A stretch of 64,000 nucleotides of DNA, taken from contig CAVVPN010000003.1 of assembly GCA_963750165.1 (NCBI GenBank), positions 768,001 through 832,000 of the forward strand. The letters are read 5' to 3'. This document shows positions 21,877 to 31,521 of the stretch, piece by piece. The position numbers and the translations under genes are program-made. This DNA comes from an uncultured Gemmataceae bacterium. GTDB lineage: Bacteria; Planctomycetota; Planctomycetia; Gemmatales; Gemmataceae. The notes under the pieces were generated by a model. That model was not told the DNA's origin. It did no database searches and was given only the letters and a program-made list of their open reading frames with translations. Within the stretch, counting starts at the first letter, position 1. Each line of letters begins with the position of its first letter.

Positions 21877-23202
21877 ATGCTGTCGTACCGTGTTCGCGGT
21901 GGGTTCGTGTTGGTCCTGGGCCTGCTGACCGTGGCCTGCGGGGCCGGGCGGGCCGCTGCCCAGGAAGGGCTCGGCAATGAAAAGGCCCTCAAGGCGGCGT
22001 TCAACAACTTCAGGCTCACCAACCTCCTCAGTGGCGCCGACAAGTATACGCCCGCCGACAAAGACGTCAGCAAAACGGCCGCTGAACTGTTCGTCTATCA
22101 GTTCACCTGGCGCGACTACTACCGCCCCAAACCGCTGCGCACGCCTCAGCAGCTGCTCAGGGACTTTCACGACCGCATGAAGCAGGCGGGCGAACTGGCG
22201 CCCGGCAACAGAGTCTTCATGGACGTGTTCTCCAGGGACCTGATCGATGCCGTCAAGTACGCCATGAAGTCCCTCAAGGTCGCGGAACAGCGGCAGCAGT
22301 GCGTCAACATCGCCCAGATGCTGTCGATGTTGGCCCTGTGCAAGAACGAGCAGGTCGGCGACTTTCTGACCGAGGTCGTGGCCGACTCCAAGCAGCACCC
22401 GCTGTACCGCTTCTACGCCGTCCGCGGCCTGCGCGAGTTCTTCCCCGTCTACCAGGTCACAGGCAAGGATGACCTGACCAGCAAGATCGTCCAGGACAAG
22501 CGCGCTCGCGCCCTGCAGCGCGTGGGCGCCGTGCAGGCGTACATCTTCCAGAAATGGGAGTTCACGCCGGGCGTCAAGGAGGAACTGGACGCGGTGATCT
22601 ACCAGCGCCGCGAAGGCGTGCGGACGCTGGCCCAGGCGGAGGTGCCGGCGGTCGAGGTCGAGAAGAACGCGCTCGGCGCCGCGATCAAGGTGGAAGGGGC
22701 GGTGGCCGTCAGCCTGATGAAGGTGCTCATGAAGGACGGCCTGACTCCGCCCGCGTCGCTGGCGGAGCGTGCCGAGGCGGCCATTGGCGTCTGCAAGCTC
22801 AAGGTGCAGAACCAGGACGTCTACCGCTCCGACCTGGCCGTGGTCCTGGTGGGGCAACTGCTGCTGGACTTCACCGAACAGTATGTCGTGGACTACAACG
22901 CCGCCGTCTCGACCAAGAAAATCCCGCTGCTGCCCTGGCGGGTGTACGCCGAGCGGTTGACCGAGGCGCTGAAGGATTTTCAGAAATACAGCCCGCGCGA
23001 GAACGAAACCCAGCGCAAGACCGTGGATCAGATCAAGGAACTGGTCGCCAAGGTGACGCCGCTGCTGGACAGCGTGAAGGCGCTGCAGCGCGTGGAGGCG
23101 CCGGCGGAGTTTCGGGACTTCGTGGGGACGCTGCAGCTGACCACCACCACGGTGTTCGAGGGCGTGCCGTCCACCAACCTCAAGGGCGGCAAGGGCGGCT
23201 GA
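21877..23202 (+). CDS. Secreted helical hypothetical protein
   Basis: N-terminal signal peptide, 441-aa ORF, HEAT-like segment HPLYRFYAVRGL. Confidence 0.7.
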   Translation: MLSYRVRGGFVLVLGLLTVACGAGRAAAQEGLGNEKALKAAFNNFRLTNLLSGADKYTPADKDVSKTAAELFVYQFTWRDYYRPKPLRTPQQLLRDFHDRMKQAGELAPGNRVFMDVFSRDLIDAVKYAMKSLKVAEQRQQCVNIAQMLSMLALCKNEQVGDFLTEVVADSKQHPLYRFYAVRGLREFFPVYQVTGKDDLTSKIVQDKRARALQRVGAVQAYIFQKWEFTPGVKEELDAVIYQRREGVRTLAQAEVPAVEVEKNALGAAIKVEGAVAVSLMKVLMKDGLTPPASLAERAEAAIGVCKLKVQNQDVYRSDLAVVLVGQLLLDFTEQYVVDYNAAVSTKKIPLLPWRVYAERLTEALKDFQKYSPRENETQRKTVDQIKELVAKVTPLLDSVKALQRVEAPAEFRDFVGTLQLTTTTVFEGVPSTNLKGGKGG

Positions 23203-23274
23203 GCGGAGCGCGCTAAACCGCAAGCGGCAGACGTGGGCACTTCCGATCACGGGAAACCCTTCGAGAACCGGGCG

Positions 23275-25784
23275 ATGGCGGTCCCTCTGAAAACATCGGT
23301 GCGCTTCTTCAACCCAACCGGCCCCGACCGCTGCGCCCGGGTGACGATCCAGCCGGCGGCCGACCGCGAATTCCTCGTCATTCAGATCGAGCGCGGCACC
23401 AGGGCCACCTTGCTCAAGCACCACGAGACGCTCGGGCCGTACGCGCCGGATCAGGTGCAGGCCGCCATGAATGAGGCCGTCGCCGATTTGCGCGGGCAGG
23501 GTTTTCTGGAGGCGGGCATCGAGGCCCTGTTGCGCGGCCTGGAACACGAGGACGCCATCGTCCGCGGCCGCGCCGCCGAGAAACTCGGCTGGCGCCGCGC
23601 CCGCGACACGGTCGAAAATCTGCTGGCACTGCTGCCGCAGGCGTCGGAGGAGACGTGTCTCATCCTCGACGCCCTCGGCCGCATCGGCGACCCGGCCGCC
23701 GTCCCCAGCGTCCGTGCCTACGCCACGCGCAAACTGCTGTCGCGGCGCCGCTCCGCCGTCGAGGCGCTGCGCAACCTCAACGACGGCCCCGGCCTGGCCG
23801 AGGCGCGGACGCTGGCCCTGGAGCGGCTGCCGCAGTCCATCCGCGATCTGGTGGAAGAGCCCGGCACCACGGCGGCGCAACTGGCGCAGCAGGTCAACCT
23901 GCTCGACGCGCTGCAACTGAGCCTGGCGCTGGACACGCTGTATGAACTGGCGACGCCGGCGTGTATCGGTGCGGTGCGTGAGGTGCTGGACAAGACCACG
24001 TTCGACCGCGAACACCTGTGGCGTGCGACCAAAAGCATTTACAAGCGTGCCCTGCTCCGCCAGGATTTTGTGGCGTTCGGCTGGCTCAGCCACGCCATCG
24101 AGGCGCGCGGCCGCGTCTCCAAGGGCGCGATCGCCACGGTGAAATCCGGCCTGGACGGCGTGACACGCAAGACGCGCATCTTCGGCCGCAACACCCAGGA
24201 TTACCTGCGTCGCCTGGCCTGGCGGTATCTGCGCAACCTGGCCCGGTATCGGCCCGAGGACTACGCCGCCGCCGCCGCCGAGGCCATTATCCCATACACG
24301 CCGCAGGAGGCCGCCGGCCGCACGCGCGCCACCGGCTTCGCTGGTCTCTACCTGCTACACCGCGTTTTGCTCGACAAGAGCACGCGCTTCCACTTCGCCG
24401 GCCGCGAAATGCGCTTCCGCCTCAAGAGCGCCAAACTCAACAAGGTGACGCCCTCCACGCACGAGGAAGCGTTTGAGGAACTGTGGGAGGCACGGCCGCG
24501 GGCGTACCTGCGCGTGCTGACCGCGGCGAAGCTGGTGGACGCCCACGAGTTCGCCCTGCGCGGCCTGATGCCGAAACATCACGCCGTCGTCCGCGCTGCC
24601 GATGACGCCGAGATCATCGCCTTGCTCGACGCCCCGTATGAGCCGACGGTGCAACTCGGCGTCACCGAACTGGAGCGGCGCTTCGACCCGGAACACCCCA
24701 ACTGGGATCTGCTCCAGCGCTTGCTCGCGGACGAGCGCCCGTTGCCGCGCGAGCTGGGGCAGCGCTGGCTGGCGCAGACCGCGCCGCTGTGGCGCGCGAC
24801 CCGGAGCGCATCCTGTTGTTTTTGCGGCTGGCGCACCCCAAGGCGCGCGGCGCCGTCATCGACGCGGCCAGGGCACGGCTGGCAGCGGACAAGCCGCTGC
24901 GGCAGGTGCTGGCGAAGATGGTGCTGACGAGCCTGCAAGCTCCGGAGTCGGCGCCCGGCATTCATGACGCGCTGGCCCGCCTGGCGGTCGAGGTACTGGC
25001 GGCGGAGATGAGCACGCAGTTGAGCGTCGCCCAGTTGATCGGCTGGATCACCAGCGGCACGCCACACGTCAAGGTGCTCGCCGGCCGGCTGCTCGGCATC
25101 CACCCCGACGCGGTGCGCGAACTGGGGCTCGAACGGCTAACAGCGCTGGCGCAGCACGAGGTCGCCGCGGTGCGCGAGGCGGGTTTCGCGCTGCTGCGCT
25201 CCGCGAAGGACCAGTTGCAGCAGGATCCGTCCGTGTTGTTCGTGCTGATCGAGAGCGAGTGGGACGACGCCCGCACGCTGGCGTTCGAGTTACTGAAGTC
25301 GCTGGACCCGGTGGCGCTCGGCCTGGACGGCGTGATGGGCCTGCTTGACTCCAACCGTGTCGATGTGCAGAACACCGGCATGGAACTGGCGAAGCAAAAC
25401 TTCGACATTTACTCGCCGGAAAAGCTGGTCGAGCGTCTGGTGGAGCATCCGCACCAGAACATGCGCCGCTTCGCCCTGGAACTGGTGACCAAGCACCTGC
25501 CGCCGGGCACTGATCCGCTGGCGCGGCTGAAAGCATTTTGCCGGGCCGCCCTCTTCGACCTGTGGCCGCAGCGCAAGGTCAAGCAAGGGCTCATCGACTT
25601 CCTGACGCAGCGCGGCCTGGAGGACGCCGGGCAAGCGCAGGTGGTGGCGACGATCCTCGGCGACGTGGTGCGCGTGCAGGGGCGAGCGGATTTTGAGCAG
25701 GCGTTGACGGCACTGGTGCGGTTGAAGCTGGCGTACCCGGACCTGGAAACCACGGTGACGCTGCCGGCGGGAGGTGGGGTGTGA
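23275..25784 (+). CDS. HEAT/ARM-repeat protein with WGR-like N-terminus (retron-associated), apparent frameshift near 24792
   Basis: HEAT repeats (VRGRAAEKLG, LDALGRIGD, SEWDDAR, DSNRVDVQ); ORFs 23233-24927 and 24789-25784 join if one G is added at TGG-CG; stop overlaps the next start (GTGA). Confidence 0.78.
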
Positions 25785-27515
25785 TCGTACAGATGGAGTA
25801 CAGCGGCCGCAGCGCCATCCTCAACGGCCTGCACGACGCCCGCGTGCAGTTCGCCACCAACACGCGCCGCGATCCGACGTTCTTCCGCGGCGAACTCGCC
25901 CAGCCGGTCCTGTTCCGCGAGGCGCTGGCGGCCCTGTATCACGTCGTCGTCAGCGACTACAAGTATCGGCCGCGCGACCGCCTGGAGTTCAAGGCGTGGC
26001 TGGAGGAGCAGGACAAGATTTTCCTGGCCAACCTCGGCATGAAGAGCGCCAAGGCCAAGACCCGCCTCGCCGAGTTGCAGACGCAACTGGATCTGCTCAA
26101 TCAGGCAAAGCGCGAGCGGCTGCGGCCGTTCCACGACGCCCGCCAGGATTATTTCCAGTTCGTCTACGAGAACGAGTACGAGGAGGAGTACCTCTTCGAT
26201 CCGGTCATCACCGTGCATCCGGACGAGGTGTCGTTTGAAGCGTTCTCGCGCGATGAGAGCACTTACGGGCGGCTGGCGGCGAAATACGAGTTGTTCCGCA
26301 AGGTCGATGAGTTCCAGTGCGGCACCACCAACATCGACTTCAGCGCGAAGCTGCACGGCGAGTTGGAGCGCATCCGCTCCTATCGGCAGACGCGCTTCGA
26401 CATCGCGCCGGCCGGCTTCACCGTCGTCAGCGACGGCGGCAGCCACCGTGAGAAGAAGATCGACCTGCCGGACAGCTGGATCATGGGCTTTTTGCAGGTC
26501 CACAGCACGATGTCGATGGGCCTGACGCGCTTCCACATGGCGCCGGTGGACCTGTACAACATCTGCCGTTACCTGCGCCGCCGCAAGACGCGGAAATCGC
26601 CGCGGGCGCTGCGCTACGAGTTCACGCCGGGCCAGCCAGTGCGGGCCGTGCTGGAGCCGTGGAACCATGTGATCGAACTGACCGCCGCGTCGCCGGTCCT
26701 GGGCGGCGCCCCGCTGGCGCTGGCGGACACGGCCGGGGCCGTCTACCAGGGCCCGAAACCCGTGACCATCCGCACGTGGGGCCGCGACCGTCTGCTGACC
26801 ATCGCCCGACTGCTGCCGGCGTGCCGGCGCGTGGACGTGTACCTGGCCGGGCAGGGGCTGCCGAGCATTTACGTCCTCGACCTGGGGCCGGTGACGTTCA
26901 CGCTGGCGCTGTCTGGCTGGACCGACAACGACTGGACCGGCGGTGCCAAGTTCGACCTGCTGGCCCGCCGCCTCCTGGTCAGCGCCACGGAGTTGAGCCA
27001 GACCTACGACGCGCCTGCGCAAGGAGCGCTACGCCACCGACGGGGCGCTGGCCAACGCGACCGGCCTCGGCGTGGAGAAGTGCCGCAGTGCGCTGTCGTA
27101 CCTGTGCCAGGTGGGCCGGGCGATGTACGACCTGGGCGGCAGCGTCTACCGGCACCGCGATTTGTTCCCGGAGCCGTTCACGGTCAAGGCCGCGGTCGCC
27201 GCCGCCAAGGCCCCCGCGGCGCCGACCAACCCGCAGGAAAAAGCGGCCCTGGCGATCTTCGAGAACGACGACGTGCGGCTCACATCGCGGCGGCCGGTCG
27301 AAACCGGCTACAAGTTGACCGGCAGCGCCAAGGGCGCCGACCAGGTGCGCGTGCGGCCGCTGCTGCACGTCGATCACGAGGGCAAGGTCATTGAAGCGAC
27401 GTGTACGTGTCCGTACTTCAAGAAGCACCAGCTGACGAAGGGGCCGTGCGAGCACATTCTGGCGCTGCGGTTGGCGCACATGAGCAAACTGGAAACGGAG
27501 GACAGCGCCAGTTGA
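25781..27515 (+). CDS. SWIM zinc-finger protein (retron-associated), apparent frameshift near 27013
   Basis: DPVITVHPDEVSFEAFSRDESTYG, GTTNIDFS, SWIMGFLQV, LSGWTDNDW; C-terminal CTC-x12-CEH SWIM motif in ORF 27072-27515. Confidence 0.85.
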
Positions 27516-27766
27516 CGTTCCCGGCGGGCGGCGGTCCCGGCTGCGTTTAGCCATCAGTCTGGCGCTACGCCAGGCGGGCCGAAGTGTCTGCCATTCGTCA
27601 TGAACCCGGTCGTCACCCAGCGGCGATAATCGCTGTACCGCCGCTGCTGGGTCGAGTCCGCCGGACTCCGCGGCGGGACAGCGATTATCGCCGCCTTCAG
27701 TGGACCGGGCTCATCCGCAGGGAGTACGTAAACGCCGCGGGCCGTCGGCCGCCGGGAAACGTCAAC
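27511..27766 (+). ncRNA. Retron-like msr-msd cassette 1
   Basis: Terminal inverted repeats GTTGACGTTCCCGGCGG.../...CCGCCGGGAAACGTCAAC; putative branch G27550 in TTTAGCC; hairpin 27557-27575; msd stem 27620-27644/27670-27694. Confidence 0.8.
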
Positions 27767-27798
27767 GAAATGCTGGAGGAAAGATGCCGAATTAACAG

Positions 27799-28046
27799 TG
27801 ACGTTCTCGGGGTGGTGGCCCCGGCCGCGTTTAGCCGTGGTGCGGCGTTACGCCGCGCGGGCCGCAGCGTCTGCCATCCGTCCTGGGCCCGGTCGGCACC
27901 CAGGTGCGCACGCCCTACCGGTGCGTGCTGCTGGGTTGGGTCCGCCGGACCCCACGCACACCGGTAGGGCGTGCGCACCTTTCAGTGGACCGCGCCCATC
28001 CCGGAGTGTACGTAAGCGCCGCGGGCCACCGTCCCGAGGAACGTCA
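27799..28046 (+). ncRNA. Retron-like msr-msd cassette 2
   Basis: Terminal inverted repeats TGACGTTCTCGGG.../...CCCGAGGAACGTCA; branch G27834; hairpin 27840-27858; perfect 22-bp stem 27902-27923/27959-27980. Confidence 0.8.
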
Positions 28047-28083
28047 ACGCAGTCGCAGGAAGGAAGGTCGCATTCCCAAAACT

Positions 28084-28327
28084 CGTTCCCGGCGGGCGGC
28101 GGCCCCGGCCGCGTTTAGCCATCCGTGCGGTGTTACGCCGCGCTGGCCGAAGTGTCCGCCATTCGTCATGGGCCCGGTCGGCACATCACGGAATTCACCT
28201 AGATGAGTTCCGCTGCTGGGTCAGGCCCTCCGGTCCTCGCGGAACGCATCTAGGTGAATTCCGCTTAAGTGGACCGAGCCCATCCGAGAGTGACGTAAGC
28301 GCCGCGGGTCGCCACCCGCCGGGAACG
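28084..28327 (+). ncRNA. Retron-like msr-msd cassette 3
   Basis: Terminal inverted repeats CGTTCCCGGCGGG.../...CCCGCCGGGAACG; branch G28118; hairpin 28125-28143; stem 28189-28213/28239-28263. Confidence 0.8.
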
Positions 28328-28344
28328 TGCAACCGAGGTCAGCG

Positions 28345-28600
28345 TGAGGAGGTTTTCGGAGGGCGGCGGTCCCGGCCACGTTTAGCCATCTGTGCGGCGT
28401 TACGCCGTGCCGGCCGCAGTGTCCGCCATTCGTCCTGAGCCTGTTCGGCACCCGGCGGCCCGGGCATACTGGAGGCCAGCTGCTGGGTTGAGTCCGCCGG
28501 ACTCCGCAGGCCGCCAGTATGCCCGGGCCGCCTTCAGTGGAACAGGCACAGCCGTGATTGACGTAAACACCGTGGGCCGCCGTCCCCCGAAATGTCCTCA
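28345..28600 (+). ncRNA. Retron-like msr-msd cassette 4
   Basis: Terminal inverted repeats TGAGGAGGTTTTCGG.../...CCGAAATGTCCTCA; branch G28385; hairpin 28392-28410; stem 28454-28480/28506-28532. Confidence 0.8.
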
Positions 28601-28712
28601 ATAAATCGGCGAGCGGCGCGGCGTCAGCCCGCCGGTTCCGCAAGCGCCACCGGCGCCTTTTCTTATGAGGTGGACGAGGGCGCCGCGCCGCTCGCCTTCT
28701 GTTGGAAACGCC

Positions 28713-30065
28713 ATGTCGCCGCTCACCCTGTTCTGGTTCCTGCTCGGCGACGCCACCGCCATCGAAGCGGTCGCGGTCGATCCGTGGGCGCCGCGGGTCG
28801 GCCTGGCGCTGGCGGCGACGACGGGGCTGGCGCGGCATTACGACAGCAAGGATCTGCTGCGGCAGCCGAGGTTCCTGGCGCTGCCGGCCGTCACCGCGGT
28901 GGCGCTGGCGACGCTGCTGTTCGGCCTGCTCTGCCTGGTGTTGCTGATGAAGGGCCGGACGTTGCCGCCGGACTCCGCGGGGTATCAGTCGTTCCTGGGA
29001 ATGTTCCTCTGCACCGCGCCGCTGGCCTGGCTGTACGCCCTTCCGTACCAGCGCTTCCTGAGCCTGGGGGCGACGGTGCGGGCCAAGCTGGCGACGCTGG
29101 GACTGGTCGCCGCCTGGCGCGTGGCGATCCTGGCCCGGGCGCTGACGGTGGTGCTGCACGACCCCACGGCCGGGTCGCTGTGCTTCGTGCTGATGGTCGC
29201 CGACGCGGTCGCCCTGGTGGCGCTGGTGGTGACCAGCAACCCGAGCGATGCCCGCTCCACGCCGCGCGTGGTCAGCGTCATGGGCGGCATCGGGCCATAC
29301 GTCACCAACAAGAAACAGGATGACTTCGCCCACCGGACGGCCGTGACTGTGGGCTGTCTTGGCGTCGTGCTCCTGCCCTTGTGCGTGATGGGCGTGAGCG
29401 CCGCGCCGCTGCCCACGGCTCACTGGCGGGCCTTGCTCGCCGGCGCCGCCCCGACTGCCCCGCCGGCGCCGGCCGTCTGGTGGCTCGCCGGCCTGGCGGC
29501 GCTGGTGTTCCTGGGCCTGGGTTGCTGGACGCAACCGTCCCAGTGGCGGCGCGGCCGTTTCGAGGCGTGGCTGCGGTCGGGAAGGATCACGGAGGCATTG
29601 ACGGACCTGTCGGTGCGCGGCCTGACGGCCTTCCCGCCGCACTGGCAGCCGCCGCCGACCGCCGACTTCCGCGAACCGCCCGGACTGCCCGCGGTGGTCC
29701 GGGCGGCGCTGGAGCCGGCGGTCGCACCGTGGGTGCGCGCCATTTACCTGGAACGGTTCGAGCGTTACCTGAGCCAGCCGCTGTGGTTCTGGCCCTATGA
29801 CGACGAACTCGGCCAGGTGATCGCCGTGCTGCGGCAACTGCCCGATGGCCAGGCCCTCGCCGCTCGGGTGCTGGACGCAGGCGCACAGGTGGAAGATTTT
29901 CTGAAGAAAAACGAAGAGATGGTGCGGAAACTGGAAGGACAGGGCGACCGCCCCGGGATTTCTCTCGTCCAACCGGAGCCGAAAATCACCGAGCAGCGCC
30001 CGGCCCTCCTCGCCGCGCTGGCCGACCTGGCCGGGCGCGGCGATCACCAGCGAGAAACCGCATGA
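28713..30065 (+). CDS. Multi-pass membrane protein of unknown function, translationally coupled to the RT
   Basis: About 7-8 hydrophobic segments and a soluble C-terminus; stop overlaps the RT start (ATGA 30062-30065). Confidence 0.75.
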   Translation: MSPLTLFWFLLGDATAIEAVAVDPWAPRVGLALAATTGLARHYDSKDLLRQPRFLALPAVTAVALATLLFGLLCLVLLMKGRTLPPDSAGYQSFLGMFLCTAPLAWLYALPYQRFLSLGATVRAKLATLGLVAAWRVAILARALTVVLHDPTAGSLCFVLMVADAVALVALVVTSNPSDARSTPRVVSVMGGIGPYVTNKKQDDFAHRTAVTVGCLGVVLLPLCVMGVSAAPLPTAHWRALLAGAAPTAPPAPAVWWLAGLAALVFLGLGCWTQPSQWRRGRFEAWLRSGRITEALTDLSVRGLTAFPPHWQPPPTADFREPPGLPAVVRAALEPAVAPWVRAIYLERFERYLSQPLWFWPYDDELGQVIAVLRQLPDGQALAARVLDAGAQVEDFLKKNEEMVRKLEGQGDRPGISLVQPEPKITEQRPALLAALADLAGRGDHQRETA

Positions 30066-31450
30066 GCACCGAGAACGAGAAGGCCAAACTGTACCGCGAG
30101 ATCGTCCAGCAGACCAACGACAAGGTGCTGCTGGAGCGCATGCGGCTGCACGGCTTCTGGGGCCGCGAGCCGCTGCCGCAGGACCCCGCCGAGGAGGGGG
30201 CGCAGCGTGCCGCCATCGAAAAGGAAATGGCCGATCTGCGCAAGGCGAATTCCCTGGTGAAGAACCCGCAGAAGGCGCTGGCAGCGGAGCGCAAGCGGCG
30301 CTGGGAGGAGAGCAAGAAGCGCCGCGCCGAGAACAAGAAGTTGCGCGCCGCCGAGCAAAAGCAGCGGGCCGAGAAGTATGCGGCGTATCGCACCACCACC
30401 ATCGTCCACGCCGGCGCCGGCGTCAGCGGCGGCCTGCAGAACACTGACACGAACGAGCCGCTGCTGACCGAGCGCGGCCTGCCAGTGGTGCGCGACGGGG
30501 CGGAACTGGCCGCCGCGCTGGGCATCAAGCTGAGCGCCCTGCGCTGGCTGACGTACCACCGCCGCGGCGCCACGGTGGTGCACTACCACCGCTTCGAGAT
30601 CGCGAAGAAGACCGGCGGCGTCCGCTGCATCTCGGCGCCCAAGCCGGCGCTGGCCCACGCCCAGCGCTGGGTCCTCGACAACATCCTGGCGAAGCTCGAA
30701 GTGGAACCGCAAGCGCACGGCTTCGTACCGGGCCGCTCCATCGTCAGCAACGCGACGCCGCACGTCGGCCGGCAAATCGTCCTCAACCTCGACCTGCGCG
30801 ACTTCTTCCCGTCGATCACGTTCCGCCGCGTCAAGGGGCTGTTCCATTCCTTCGGCTACAGCGAACACGTAGGGACCGTGCTGGCGCTGCTGACGACGGA
30901 GCCGCCGCGCGTGCCGGCCGCCGTGGACGGCAAACTCTACTACGTGGCGCTGGGCGAGCGCATCTTACCGCAGGGGGCGTGTACGAGCCCGGCACTGACG
31001 AACGCGCTGTGCTGGCGGCTGGATCGGCGGTTGACCGGCCTGGCGAAACGGCACGAGTTCCAGTACACGCGCTACGCCGACGACCTGACGTTTTCGGGCG
31101 ACAACGCCGCGGCGGTCGGCAAACTGCTGCGGAGCGTGCGGGCGATTTTGCTGACGGAGGGCTTCACGGAGCAGCCGACCAAGACGCGGGTGATGCGGCG
31201 CTCGAACCGGCAGGAGGTGACGGGCGTGACGGTGAACACGCGGCCGAAGGTGTGCCGCGAGGACCTGCGGACGCTGCGGGCCATCCTGCACAACGCGGCG
31301 AAACACGGGCTGGAGAGTCAGAACCGCGACCAGCGGCCGGACTTCGCGGCGTACCTGCGCGGCAAGGTGGCGTACGCGTGCATGGTCGATCCGGAGCGGG
31401 CGGCGGACTGGCGCGGGCGGCTGGCGAAGGCGCTGGGCCAGTCGTCGTAG
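30062..31450 (+). CDS. Retron-type reverse transcriptase (Mx162/type XIII-like, long N-terminal extension)
   Basis: AHGFVPGRSIVSNATPH (region X NAxxH), LDLRDFFPSI, LPQGACTSP, YTRYADDLTFS, QEVTGVTVN (region Y VTG); intact frame. Confidence 0.93.
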   Translation: MSTENEKAKLYREIVQQTNDKVLLERMRLHGFWGREPLPQDPAEEGAQRAAIEKEMADLRKANSLVKNPQKALAAERKRRWEESKKRRAENKKLRAAEQKQRAEKYAAYRTTTIVHAGAGVSGGLQNTDTNEPLLTERGLPVVRDGAELAAALGIKLSALRWLTYHRRGATVVHYHRFEIAKKTGGVRCISAPKPALAHAQRWVLDNILAKLEVEPQAHGFVPGRSIVSNATPHVGRQIVLNLDLRDFFPSITFRRVKGLFHSFGYSEHVGTVLALLTTEPPRVPAAVDGKLYYVALGERILPQGACTSPALTNALCWRLDRRLTGLAKRHEFQYTRYADDLTFSGDNAAAVGKLLRSVRAILLTEGFTEQPTKTRVMRRSNRQEVTGVTVNTRPKVCREDLRTLRAILHNAAKHGLESQNRDQRPDFAAYLRGKVAYACMVDPERAADWRGRLAKALGQSS

Positions 31451-31461
31451 GAGCCGCCGGA

Positions 31462-31511
31462 CCACCAGCGACCCGTTGACGTTTCGCGAAACGTCAACGG
31501 GTCGCTGGTGG
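31462..31511. repeat. Perfect 50-bp palindrome after the RT stop (terminator/REP-like)
   Basis: CCACCAGCGACCCGTTGACGTTTCGCGAAACGTCAACGGGTCGCTGGTGG equals its own reverse complement; lies between convergent genes. Confidence 0.85.
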
Positions 31512-31521
31512 AAGGGTTGCG

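Noticed and set aside
21877..23202. Upstream helical protein as a retron component
   Set aside because: It has a signal peptide and is separated from the HEAT gene by a REP-like motif; nothing links it beyond co-orientation
27511..28600. CRISPR array interpretation of the repeated region
   Set aside because: Units are about 250 nt with nested stems, the variable parts are self-complementary hairpin arms rather than unique spacers, and there are no cas genes
27584..28604. Short ORFs across the array (27584-27967, 27798-28118, 27904-28206, 28130-28438, 28392-28604)
   Set aside because: No recognisable motifs; conservation between units follows base pairing, not codons
30062..31450. Group II intron, DGR or CRISPR-associated RT
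   Set aside because: Has retron-specific NAxxH and VTG motifs; no maturase/endonuclease domain, no TR/VR pair, no cas1
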